Assembly (NCBI GenBank): GCA_022813865.1
Contig: JALDZX010000016.1
Location: 62,001-126,000, forward strand
DNA length: 64,000 nt
Direction: 5' to 3'
Source of the DNA: Xylographa opegraphella
Lineage: Eukaryota
Shown: positions 38,517-50,476 of the stretch, one piece after another
How positions within the stretch are numbered: the stretch's first letter is position 1
Layout: every line of letters begins with the position of its first letter
Notes under the pieces: model-generated
The model's database searches: none
Seen by the model: the letters and a program-made list of their open reading frames with translations, nothing else
Told to the model about the DNA's origin: nothing
Made by a program: the position numbers and the translations under genes

Positions 38517-40001
38517 TTATCGCGCAATCCGATCGAGCTTCGCCCGATTGCTCGCGATCCCGATATCCACACGATCCGACTACGGCCCCGCAAACCCACC
38601 GCATCAGCCCACGCGCATACAAGATCCCTCCAACCCCCCCCCCATTCAAGAAGCAAAAACAACAAAGGGGGCAAGACTCACCTTGTCGGCGATCCGATCC
38701 AGCAAGCGATTCTGCTCGTCGACCTCCTGGCCCGTCGCCCGCGCCAGCGCGTTCAGCCGGCCCGCCGCCCCGCCCAGCAGGTACAGGTTGCGGTCGATCT
38801 CGTCCTCCATCTCGTCGTCGTCGCTGTCGGCCTCGAACTGGTACTTGGCCCGGTCGGCGAGGTTGCGGGCCGGGGCCCCTCGCTGATGGTGATCGTCGGC
38901 GCCGCCCGTCCCCGGCCCCGGGGCCAGGGCGGAGAAGTTCTGCTGCAGGCGCTGGCTCTGCTGGTAGGCGGCGCGGCGGGTGGCCTCGCGGGCGTCGCGC
39001 TCGTCGAGGTGGCGGTCGAGGACGTCCTGGTCGCGGCGGGCGGAGCGCTGCCCAGCGGTGAAGGGGTTGGCCACGTGGACGGCGAACATGCTGCGGTTGA
39101 GCTTCTTCAGCTCGGCGGCCTTGTCCTCCGCCACGCGGTTGGCGTTGTGCGCCAGGTCGAGGTTCTTCTCCGTGTTGTGGATGTGCTCGCCCTGCGCCCC
39201 GAGCCGGGCCAGCGTGTCGCGGCCCGTCTCCTCCGCCTCCGCCGCGAGCCGCAGCGCGTTCCGCGTCGAGGACACGTCCTCTTGCTTGAGGAAGCGGATC
39301 TGCTGCTTTGTCGCCGAGACTTCCACCTCCTCTTCGTCCTCCGCGCTCAGTTGCCGGTCTTCGTGCTGGGCGTTGTAGGGGTGCGAGGAGGAGGACGACG
39401 AGGCGTCCGGGTAGTTGCTGGCTTGGCCACCTTCGTCGTACGGGGGCGGTTGGCCGTAGCCGGCTTGGGGGGGATTTTTTTGCTGCAGGCGTTCTTTGGC
39501 GCCGCCGAACAGGGCGTCACGATTGTCGTCCGCCTTGTCGTCGTAGGCGGACACGCCACCCAAGCCGCCGTAGCCTCCGGCGCCGTATCGTGAGCCTCCA
39601 GCTTGTGATGGGGCAGAAGCCGTGGTACCGTACCGGTCGGCGCCGTAGCCTCCATGTGCCCCGTATCTGTCTGCCCCATATCCACCGCCATTACTGCCAC
39701 CGGGAGCAGCTCCGTAGCGATTCCCGTTGCCGTTGTTACTGCCATACGGGTCGCTCATTCCTCCCTTATTATCCCCTCCGTATCTGTCATTGCCTCGGTC
39801 TTGTGTAGCATATCCATTCTTCTCTGGGGGAGCGTACACCTTCTGTTTTGCTTGGGTGTATGGGTCGGGAGGTAGTGAAGGCTGGGCGTAGGGGTTTACG
39901 GAGGGAGCGGGTGATTTGCTCTTCGACTTCGAGCCAAAGAGTGCTGAGCGGTTGGCAGCGTCGTCGTTGTCAGCCTTCTTCCCAAATCCAAATTTCCGCA
40001 T
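38517..40001 (-). CDS. SEC9: Plasma-membrane t-SNARE (SNAP-25 like)
   Basis: Gly/Tyr-rich N-terminus; SNARE motifs DVSSTRNALRLA...TLARLGAQGEHI and EMEDEIDRNL...GQEVDEQNRLLDRI. Intron 38681-38580, last exon SDRVDIGIASNRAKLDRIAR*. Confidence 0.93.
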
Positions 40002-40482
40002 ATCTGTTTATCCTGTTGAACTAGAGTTAGTATGACTGTCAGATTTCTCATTCGATTGATAATTGCAGCGTTGACGGGACACGGAGTAGGAGGGATGCCT
40101 TAACAATGTCTGGTGTTGGAGGCTCGGCGTTAAGGTTTCAGCCTTGTGTCTGGGACCTAAGAATAGCCGGTTCCAGGCACGAGAAGATTTTGTAGTTGCA
40201 AACGGCCGTCTACGTAAGATATTATCCACTACGATTTCCATCAGACTTCTACATTACTTTCAAACGGTATAAGGCTCAAACTATAGCAGGGAGTATCCTA
40301 CAAGCCACGAGCGTTGTCTTCTTAGAATTACTAGGCGTACACAAACCTGACACGGGAATTGTAATGGAAGGGATTGCCTTCGAACTTAATACGGTATGTG
40401 AAGCATTAGACAGCTTTTTCAACGCACTAATATCAAATTAAATTCTCGGTATGCTGGGCCACTTCGCCCCCGCGTGTCTCGG

Positions 40483-42143
40483 TTATTGCATATCGAACAC
40501 CCAGGTCACTTTCTCAAACCCCTTTCTCGGCGAGAATTTTATGAGAATGTCTTTCTCTGGAGGGAAAACATTGGTAGCCAAACTTTCCTGTTTTTGTGCC
40601 GGTATGCTCCATTGACCGTTTGAGGGTGACATATCAAACCTCAAAACCATATAAGCTGTCAACGCCAGCGCCTCCAGTGCCACAAAATGTCGTCCAGGAC
40701 ATAAGGATGCTCCACCTCCAAACGGTCGATAGGCTGTTGCTTTTTGCTTGGATCCTTGAGTGGCCTCGGTATGCTTGAGAAAACGCCTGGGCTGGAACGC
40801 TACGGCGTCTGGGCCCCAGATCAATGGATCCGAGTGCATGACTGCCATTGGCATTTGGATGACCATGCCTTTCTTCAGTAGATATTGATCATCGAGCATT
40901 GTATCCTCGCGAACAAAACGGGCGCCAGCGCCTAAAGCATGAACGCGCAACAATTCTTGAAACGTAGAATGCAAGAGACGGCACTTCTCGCGCATAGTCA
41001 TAATATGAAGACTTCGCTCGGCGGGGCTCACGGTCGAGACACAGGTAACTTCTAGCTCATCACGGATATCCCGGAGTAGAGCTTGATCCGAATATATGTG
41101 GACAAGCAAATAAAAAACGGAAGGAACTGTATTGGCGAGGACACCCAACAAAGTACCAACTTCAAGACGTCCTTGATTCCATGATGAGATGCCATGCTTG
41201 GTGGCTGCATGCTGCCGCGCTTGAATCATGGCGGAGCTCTCCGTTTGTCCTGCGATGTAATCCTCAAAGTATTTTTCGAAGGCAATACCAAGTTCAGAAC
41301 GTGCTCTATTCCCTTTCGGAACGATGATGCTTGGAAGAAAATCCGCGATGAGAAGATTGAGGTCCCGATCGAAGTCCCTGGAAAAGTATCAAGATCAGGC
41401 TCAGTTCAAATGAAAAATGGCATTGCGAACCTACCAGAATAAGTCAACAAATTTTGAGTTTTTGCTGAATGGATTTCCTGGCCCATATATGGCTCTTGTA
41501 CTACAAAGGGTCACCAAATTACGCGTCCATGCAAAGAGTTTGATGTCCTGATCGATTTCCAGACTGTCTAATCTGGCGATGAAATTGCGAATATATTGCT
41601 CAGTCATGCTCTCCAAATGCGTGCCTGGGAGTAATGCCGCGACAATACCATCATGCACTTCGGTTACATAACCGGGACCGTGTTCGCCGTTCAGATTGTG
41701 TTGAACTATCTGGCTCGTGGCCTCGTCATGACCGGTGATACGCTTGCCAAGCTGGGCAATGAAAGGGTTGAATGCTAAAGCCTTAGAATTGCGATTGACG
41801 GCTGCTATCAAATCTGGGGAGGTAACAACATAGACCTTGCCATTTAGCATGTTCAGAGTGTATATCGGAAGCTTGCACTTAGCACTACGGAGCGGATGAT
41901 CAGCTGGACGCCTTCCTAAGCATTTCATGTTGGAGCGTGTGGCCTTTATTACCTGGTCCTTTGGTAGTACCTTGTGCCATGGTGCAGAAGCCCCAGAATA
42001 TGCCCAATGTAGGGGATTGGCGAGGAAACCACGGGTGGCTCCCCTGGAAGTTGTTTGGGCGCATACAGATGGTCGAGCACCAGCCAGACAAGCAACGCAA
42101 CCGCAACAGAAAAGAAGCTTAACAGATTTGAGGAGACTGCCAT
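40483..42143 (-). CDS. Cytochrome P450 (CYP7/8-like fungal group)
   Basis: N-terminal membrane anchor, PGEPP..IPYIGH, ELLR (ExxR), FQPRRF and heme motif PFGGGASLCPGRHF; two introns. Confidence 0.93.
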
Positions 42144-43203
42144 TGATGGCTCCGCGAAAGTGTTGCGTGTCAATTGGCTAATTATGCCTCATGCAAGACG
42201 AAAGAAATTTCAAGAACGCCGCTGCACCATTAACAGAACGCTTCAATGTGAACAGACAAGGAAAGTCGCACTACCGAGGCTCACTACGATCAGTGAGTGC
42301 TGTTTATCCCAGAAGTTGCTGAGGCTCAATGTCAATATATCTCTTGCCCGAACGCTAAACTACCCTAAGGTCGGCGCTACCCTATATAGCTAGCGTGTTC
42401 GCTTCGATCCCTTCGCGCTGTCATGTGTTAAGTCCTAACCTGAATAAGTACTCCGTTAAGTCCGAGAACTCCGGATAGACTAAGGTACCTCACTATCTAG
42501 GTACCTTACTCACCCTCTCAAAAGCCTAAGGTAGGTTATCCAAGCAACGACCGACAAGATTCCAGAGCTGTTGCTTCACTTCAACTCTTCTGCAACAGCT
42601 CTCTTATGCACGATACGAAGCTCGTTTTGAATGGCACAGGCGAGGTGAATGCCTGGTGGATCCTTCTCATGTTTACCCGTGCCCACTGCGCCTCGCTCAC
42701 TATAATCTTACAGGCCCAGTTCGTCAGCCTTCATCCCACCATCCCACCAATCGCACCTTATTCTTACCCTCACATCTCACAAAGAGGGGCGCTATTCTCG
42801 CAGTTCTTTGAGGCTGTATCGTGAAGATTATCGTATTTACCTGTTGCCGTTAGCAAGCAATGTTTCCATAGGCTCCTTCCCGGCCTATTGTTCTACGTTT
42901 CACAATTTGTGTATCTGTGCCACCTCCAGCTCTGATCCACTGTGCTTGCTTTCCTTATTTACATGGCCTAGCTTGCACTCAGCCTCGTTTCGATGAAGCT
43001 ATCGTCATTGCCTCCACCAATCAAGTGTGTTATGTGAAGCATCCTCTCACGCGTATGCATGGTGCCGAACCACGATCCAGCCATGATCCGTAAGGTTTCG
43101 TCGTCTCACTCAGCTTTATGTTGTATAAAGTGCAGCGCGAACTGCTCTCGCAGCGCCGCTTATCATTTTTGCGATCAATCAGAAAACCCCATCACTCCAT
43201 CAG

Positions 43204-44499
43204 ATGTCGCAAACGGTAACAGCACCGCGGATTTCGATAACTGCAAACAGGGTGAGCTCCGAGAATGTTCGGTTGATGAAATGAATTCTGACCTTTCCAG
43301 GCTGTTACCGGCGCGCTGTTTGGGATTGCCATAATTTCTTATGCCACGCGTACCTATATCCGCGCCATCTTCCTCAAGCAGTTCGCCACCGAGGATGCCT
43401 TACTTCTCTTTGCTGTCATCTGTTTGTGTTGCGCCACTGGCTTGGCATATAGCACGATGCAAGCGCAGTACGATTCTTTAGCGGTGATCCTTAATGGTGT
43501 TGAAGGTGGTTTGATATTTACTCTGTTGAACGAGCTTCCGGAGATCTCCAAGGAAGAGAATGCGGCAGCCACAATCTGGTGGTTTGTCATAGTTCCCGTC
43601 AAGATCGCATATCTGTTCTTCTTTCGCCGTCTAATCAGCCGCTTGAGAGATCTTAACATATGGTGGTGGTGTGTGATCGTATTCACTGTGACAGCCGGCC
43701 TTGCCTGTGTCGCTGCATCATGGTTGACCTGCCCATATTTTACAGCAACCGGTGTACTCTGTAAGTGTTATATCACGATTTTTATCGACATAGTCGCGCT
43801 CACGCTTCATCTTTCGCAGCATGTTCGGGGCCGAGCGCAGACAACCGAGTGGTCCGTGATACTACTATCACCACAGTCCTTGATATCGTAACAGACATCT
43901 TGGTTGTATCGTTCCCTATTGCACTACTCTGGAGGGTCCGCATCGCTCTTCGTCAGAAAATAGGCCTGGCCATGTCTTTGTGCTTATCCCTCGTGATGGT
44001 TATCACCGCTATCACTAGAATTTCTGGCATCAAGCTCGAGGGTGGGAATATTGATATTGTCTGGCTAGCCTTTTGGCAACAACAAGAATGTAGCATCGCA
44101 GTCATTATGGTCTCCGTCTCCGCTTTCCGCTCGTTCTTCGTAGTCAGTGCGTCTAAAAACGCATCACCACAAAAACGCAAGTCATCAACGTACTGGAGGA
44201 ACAGGCTATTGCAAAAACGGTCTGCATCGCCCGACGATACCGAGAAAGGGATCAACGATCTGCCGCAGATACCTAGCGCGACTATGACTGGCATGAGGAC
44301 AGTGATACAAGGGGCTCGAGGGTCGAGACTTTGGCCAAATGAGCCGGAACGTGAGAGTCCATTGTTGCCGCAGCAAGATTGGCGGGTGCAAGCGACGAAA
44401 GGTCCTTTTGACGTTTCCAGAGGCGCGACTGAGCACTATCCGAGGGAAATGATCTCTTCTGAAGACTATCGGTTAGTCGAAGAGAACGGTATAGTGTAA
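43204..44499 (+). CDS. PTH11-like (rhodopsin-domain) integral membrane protein, no CFEM domain
   Basis: RTYIR...EDALL, VKIAYLFFFRRL, LDIVTDILVVSFPIALLWRVRIALRQKIGL and W...ECSIAVIMVSVSAFRSFF; two introns. Start is approximate. Confidence 0.85.
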
Positions 44500-45025
44500 A
44501 TCAGCGCGAACAATGGAGCGGCGTCATTTTAAAAGTATTGATGCGAGGAAATGTACGATTTTCATTAAAACATATATTTTGGGTCAGAACAGTCTCACCA
44601 ATGCACCAGAACAATCCTGAATGCTCATTGTAACATACGCTGTTGGAGAAGGCCTGCGAATGTAAGAAGCAATACACCAATTGTGAAATCGCGCGATGAA
44701 CTCTTCTTTCACACCATTAGTCCCCATGCCAGACCTGAACAAAGATATACTCGTAGTATTCTAAGTATACCCGGTGTGAGCCATTCACAAACTGTGCTGG
44801 CAATCGTAAGGCTCCTCTACTCGGGCAATAGTCCACACTCAACCAGCCGAGTTCAAGCCGGAAGGTCAGAGCTGCCCAACTGCCCAAGTGCCTAGGATTT
44901 GATCCCTCCCCACCCTCGTTGAATCAAGAGGCTCATTTCTTCATCTATCCCGACGTTTGTCGGTAAGTCTCTTCCCTCGACGTATATTCCCCCATCTCTC
45001 CCTAACCCTTACACCCTCTTCGTTC

Positions 45026-45417
45026 TCAACTCCTCACCAACCCATAGAACAGCGTCCAGGTCAACACGAAAGAGCTCAGTCCTCCAAATACATCCTGCGC
45101 CCACAATCCACTAAGCTTGCTCTCGAAGAAGTCCTCCGGCTTCCCTTTGGCCAGCACGCCCCACACCAGGGCGCTGACGACCAGTGTGCCGAGGAGGTAG
45201 AAGATGAAACCGGGGTAGGACTCGAGTCCCAGGATACCAGCGGCAATACCGAAAAGAGAGGCAGTGAGGGAGCGGATGGAGGAAAGCACCTGTGGGGACG
45301 AGGAGGGTCAGTATCTCTCTGAGAAGGGCGGTTGGTTTGGTGGGGACGGACCTGAGCGTTATGGCGGACAGACTCAGGCACAATCGGATGGATCGCGAGT
45401 TCGCGCTCGTCAATCAT
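45026..45417 (-). CDS. EMC6: ER membrane protein complex subunit 6
   Basis: MIDERELAIHPIVPESVRHNAQ/VLSSIRSLTASLFGIAAGILGLESYPGF...GLSSFVLTWTLFYGLVR; one intron. Confidence 0.92.
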
Positions 45418-45577
45418 GGTGAGGAGGGATGCGGTCAATGCACGGGAGTTTTGTTCTGTCGCTCCTTGCAAAGCGAGAGAGTCCCGTGTGAGTTCCTCAT
45501 GCTCGCGTTTCTCGCTTAGCGCGCTTCCTGTATCTCCGCCGACCTCTGTATCAACACCCACATCCCTCTCCACAGCC

Positions 45578-46445
45578 ATGCACTGGCCGCCCTGGTCCTC
45601 TCCTCTTCCAAAGAAAGCTGAAAACCACACCATCAACAGCAGTCCCTCACCATCCCCAAGCTCTTGGTCCTCACCCTCCATCCCCACGGCCTGGTCCGCG
45701 TACCTTAGCCCCGATGTCCTCATCCCCACCGCCATCCTCACCAGCACCATCCTGATCTCCACCCGCCTCTACCGCCTATACCTCCGACGCATCCCCCGCG
45801 CCGCGACCATCAGCCCCTCGTTCTGGCACAAGCGCTCCCTCTTCGGCACCGTCACCAGCGTCGGCGACGGCGATGGTTTCCGCCTGTTCCACACGCCTGG
45901 CGGCCGCCTCGCGGGCTGGGGCTGGTTCCCCGGACGGCGCATCCCGCAGGGGAAAGCGCTGAAAGATAAAACCGTACGCGCCCGTGCCCCGTCCTCCCAG
46001 ATACCAGAAGAATGGTGTTAATGGTACTGCGCTCTAGATATCCATCCGCCTCGCCGGTATCGATGCCCCGGAGGGCGCGCATTTCGGGCGCCCGTCGCAG
46101 CCGGGCGCGCAGGAAGCGCTGGACTTCCTGACGGCGTATATCCAGCACCGGAGGGTGCGCGCGTACGTGTACAAGAAGGATCAATACGAGCGCGCGGTCG
46201 CGACGGTGTACGTGTGGCGGTGGGGGCTGAGGAGGGATGTGGGATATCAATTGCTGCGGAGGGGCCTGGCGACGGTGTATGAGGCGAAGAGCGGGGCGGA
46301 GTTTGGGGCGCTGGAGGAGAGGTATCGGGAGGTGGAAGGGTGGGCGAGAAGGAAGGGACGGGGGATATGGGCGACGAAGGGCTTTGAGAGTCCGAGGGAG
46401 TATAAGGAGCGGATGAAGGGGTTGGAGGGGAAGGAGAAGGCGTGA
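45578..46445 (+). CDS. LCL3: Staphylococcal-nuclease-like endonuclease
   Basis: MHWPPW start, [42 protein letters not shown] and [15 protein letters not shown]; intron 45974-46038. Confidence 0.92.
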
Positions 46446-46935
46446 TGGGGTCGGGATAGTGGACTGATTGTAGGGATGCAGAGGGGAGATTATGTATATG
46501 GCGGATTGAATAGCCTGATGTGAAATACTTTGCCTGGCACGCGAAAGTTATGTGGACAAGATCTGCGGCCTTGCTGAGCCATGTAGTGTCTGTGAGAAGC
46601 AGTGTACAAATGCATGTGTCGTTCATAGCCTCGAATATTGAAAGCAAGACAGGATAAACTTAATGCCTGACAGAGAAATGGACCCTCAGCACAGGGGAGT
46701 TGCATCACAGAGCTGGGTTTCATAAGTAGTATGTCTCGAGTCAAGACACCAGGCTTAGCCAGAGCAGAAGGTGCTCAGTAATGAATCCTGTCCTAGTTTC
46801 CATCCTTGATAGCACCGCCTATCCAAGCAGGCGTACCGCGTCGTGCGAGGCGAATGCTGTCGAGATCAGAGAAAAGGGGGAAGAGGAAATAAAGTACTTA
46901 AATCAAATAAGAAAGTTTTCTCTCACCGATCCGAA

Positions 46936-47078
46936 GAGCTTAGCTTAATGGATTAAGTGTGGCTGCTATAGAGCACCGCGAAACAAGGTCCCAGGTTCGA
47001 AACGCGGTGGGCGCAATGCCTGTGACTTTGTAGCAAAACCCCTTATAGTACAGTGGCTTTCATAGGATACCCTCGGGT
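46936..47078 (+). mobile_element. Candidate tRNA-derived SINE (or tRNA pseudogene with a 3' tail)
   Basis: A box TAGCTTAATGG, B box GGTTCGAAAC and tRNA-like end GGTGGGCGCA, but the cloverleaf is broken. ATCCGAA direct repeat at 46929-46935 and 47079-47085. Confidence 0.55.
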
Positions 47079-48604
47079 ATCCGAACTTTTTGACCTTTTA
47101 GATATCTGATTCGTGAGATTGCTCTTTCAGTGCCAACAACTAGTGCCGAATATCGTAGCAGTTATGATGACTCCTGCTTCCGTAACGTCGTCAACGAACG
47201 TTGAACCTCTATAACTTGTTTTTTTCTCTTTCCTAGAGCCACGTATCATTTCTATAATGGCCAACACTCCCCGGATCTCCCATCACTTCGCAGTGGTGTA
47301 TGGGCATGTCCGAATGCGGCTGTAATACTTGTGGCTTCAATCGCACACAATCAGGCACGTTGCACAAGCATAGGCTGTTGTTCGTGAAAGGCGTGTTACC
47401 AAGACTGATAGTATCACCAAGGATTTCAAAACCACGAAGCATTGCGATATTCGTAGTACTTGTACGACTCGGAAACAATATCAGGCTGCAGTCCAGCAAT
47501 GCTGATCTGCTCGTTAACCTAGGGAAGGCCTTGAGGTCCTGAAAGTACAGATATATAAGATGGAATGGGGATTTTTATTGCTGCTTAAGCAGTACTTAAT
47601 CAATAGTTTCACGGTACATACACACACTGAGGGTGAAAGATTACTAGGAAACTGGTTTGAAGCTCACAACATGTTTTTGACCGGATAGGTCTACTAAAAG
47701 ACCGCCCCTTTTCCTTCAAAGCTTGACCAACAACTTCAAAATGTGCGTTCAATTTGCTCAGCATCGTTTCTTTGATCTAATGAGATCCAGTTCAGCAACG
47801 TTCAGAGACTTTGGACAAGTCAAGATATTCTGGCTTCAGAGTGCAGTAAGCATTTTAAGCCGTTTGGATTGATGGCGCTAAAGATCTGGAAACATCAAGC
47901 ACCCTGGGTATGGAATTGTTTTCTGTTCATGCAAAGACACCTCTCCTTCACATATCCTAACAACATCAATAGCCATGTCGATGATGCTGGAGGCATCCAG
48001 CACTAATACCACTCGCAATGAACATACAGCATTTTTTGCGCGTCCTCAGGAGGCCAGGGGCCAATCTTTCTTATGATTCCATTGAGTGTACAACGGATAT
48101 CTTGAGAACGGTACAAAACTATGTTTGGAAATTGACCGATACACAAGCAGAAAGAAGAGGCTGCGTTCGATGAGGCTTTTTTCGGGACCTTGTTTTCCCT
48201 TGATTAAGTCGGTCCTCATCTCTCAGAACGATGGCTAATCAGTGTAAACAACTGTTCATCAAAGGTTTAAGCGCGGTTTCGATCACGAAATTCATGGGAA
48301 TATTGATTTTCGCCAGTCCTCGCTTTTGAAGTAATGCCGTATCTTGAAGAACTCCCCAAGCCGCTTGGACCCCGTGAAGAGTCTTACCAGGGGTATTGCA
48401 TATCCAAGGCTATTATCGCAAGTATACGCAAGATATCGCGTAGTGACGGGTGGAGTGTATTACACTGCCAAATCCCACCGGATCTTCTTTCCAATGATTA
48501 GCTTAATAAAAATGGATGATGACCACAGACAGGCGAGACTTACAAGCTAAGAGCCGCTGAAAACTGCCAGCCCCTTCACTACAATGTCAGTGAATCATTC
48601 CCGC

Positions 48605-49342
48605 CTAATCTCCAGCCTTCTCGCCTCTGGCATAGGTAATTTTCAGGCGCTTCGGCGGCTTTCCTTCGTTCTCGTCTTCCTCTTTCTCTGCACCTTTTTT
48701 ATTCTTCTTCGTATTGACTTTCATACCGACCGCATTTGTAGGTGTAGGATGACTGCTTTCCCTTGCTGAACCGGGCTGTGGATGGCTTGATGTTGGTGTC
48801 GGAGCATGTGAAGGTGTAGTTTGCGAACTTGAGGGTGGTGATGATTCCTGAGTGGGTGAAACTGTTAGTCTCTGAAGGCGGCGTAGTATGAGCCTTAACA
48901 ATGCCACTCGCGAATGTCGTTCTGGAGGAATATCATACTCTCGTGAAGCTGACAGAGCTTCGACTAAAGACTCTATCGTGGTCCATTACAGTTCCCTTCC
49001 GCCTCGTAGATATACCGCCTCCTGTGGCGTTACTGGCTGTCCCAGTAGTAGACGAGCCCTTGATATAGTTGTCGAAGCCTTTAATGATGTTGCCAGCGCT
49101 GGTCTCTTCAAGATATGAAGCTTCGAAGCGATAAATTTGTTCTTCTAAGGCAGCCTTCGATTAATCAGCTTGAAATCTGACAGCAGCACCTCTGGGGACC
49201 AATTTCTAACCATGCTCTTATCCAGTAGGCGCTTCTTCTGGAGAGTCTCTCGGAGATCGCGCTTCAGTTTTTCATAGTAGGGAACGCCTCGAGTCGCATC
49301 GGCATTTGCACCATGGGGATTTGGGGCAATATTCTCAGCCAT
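48605..49342 (-). CDS. EAF6: NuA4/NuA3 histone acetyltransferase subunit
   Basis: RGVPYYEKLKRDLRETLQKKRLLDKSM, YLEETSAGNIIKGFDNYIK, VFSRSS and C-terminal KRLKITY; two introns. Confidence 0.9.
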
Positions 49343-49722
49343 GACAGTGTTGGAAAGATGTCAAGTCTGGCCCTCGATAGAACAGAGCTAGCGTTCGAGA
49401 TTCTGTGAATCGCAGATGCGGTTGAATAGGTAGTTTGACGCGTTTGTATCAGAGCGTTCACGGCCGAATAATGACAGACCCCCGAACCCACCGAGACCCA
49501 AAGCACCCCCACGCTATTGCCCCGCTGCCGCATTGTTTGGCATTGTACCTCAATGATTAACTGACTCAAACGCGTGCAACAGATTAGCTCAGCTGACTCC
49601 GTTACAATCTATAATACTATTAGTATCAGACGTCAGATATATACGTGGGCGATACTTCATCACCAATTATACATTCGCTACTTCCTGAGTCCGCCTCCCA
49701 TCTTACCCATACAGTCCCAACC

Positions 49723-50392
49723 ATGGATCACAGCGGCCACATGGGCGGCCGCGGCGGCGATATGGACATGCCCTCAGCACCAATGTGCAATATGAACGTC
49801 TGGATTCCTAACCTGTTTTCATATCCGCTCGACTTACCAGCCCACAGATGCTATTTACCTGGGATAACACAAACCTCTGCATTATCTTTCGATGGTGGCA
49901 TGTCAGCTCGACCTTTACCCTTCTCGTCTCCCTAGCCGCAGTCGCACTCCTTACTGCCGGATATGAAGGCGTCCGAGAGATGAGTAGGCGTTACGAAACC
50001 TCCTCAGCCGAATACATGAACAGCCTTCCAAGTATGCAGTCCCATTCTCCAGTGTACCAGGGCAGACCAAGGACTAAATGCCTTCCCCAGTTGATGACGA
50101 CGAGCCGAGCTCATATAAGTGGCTAGGGAAGGGTGTTGGTGCAGCCGAACAAAGAACGAAGTTTATTAAAGCGGCCTTCTATGCGGTGCAAGTTTTCTAT
50201 AGTTTTTTCATAATGTAAATGCCATCAGCCTGCCCACTTCTGATTTTGTGTTCAAGGATGCTGACAGGTTTACATAGGCTACTCTTCATGACTTATAACG
50301 GCTGGGTAATGCTATCGGTAGCGGTGGGAGCTTTCGTTGGGTACCTTTTTTTCGCGAATGGATCGGCGACGAAGAGCGTGGCTTGCCATTAG
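49723..50392 (+). CDS. CTR2: Ctr-family copper transporter (vacuolar Ctr2 type)
   Basis: Met/His-rich N-terminus, CNMNMLFTWDNTNLCIIFRWW, MLLFMTYNGW (MxxxM) and C-terminal ACH; three introns. Confidence 0.9.
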
Positions 50393-50476
50393 AAACATTT
50401 GGTTCTGTGATTTACAACAGCACTTGATAAAAATCTTTTTAAGATCTCAAAATACATACAGTTCAACAGCCGAGTT

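Noticed and set aside
35021..38886. Many 100-300-aa ORFs in the flbC-SEC9 interval, and antisense ORFs over GH31, SEC9 and HSH155
   Set aside because: Low-complexity translations expected from GC-rich DNA or shadows of real genes; no recognisable domains.
46936..47015. Functional tRNA gene
   Set aside because: Acceptor and T stems do not pair and no clear anticodon arm; treated as tRNA-derived instead.
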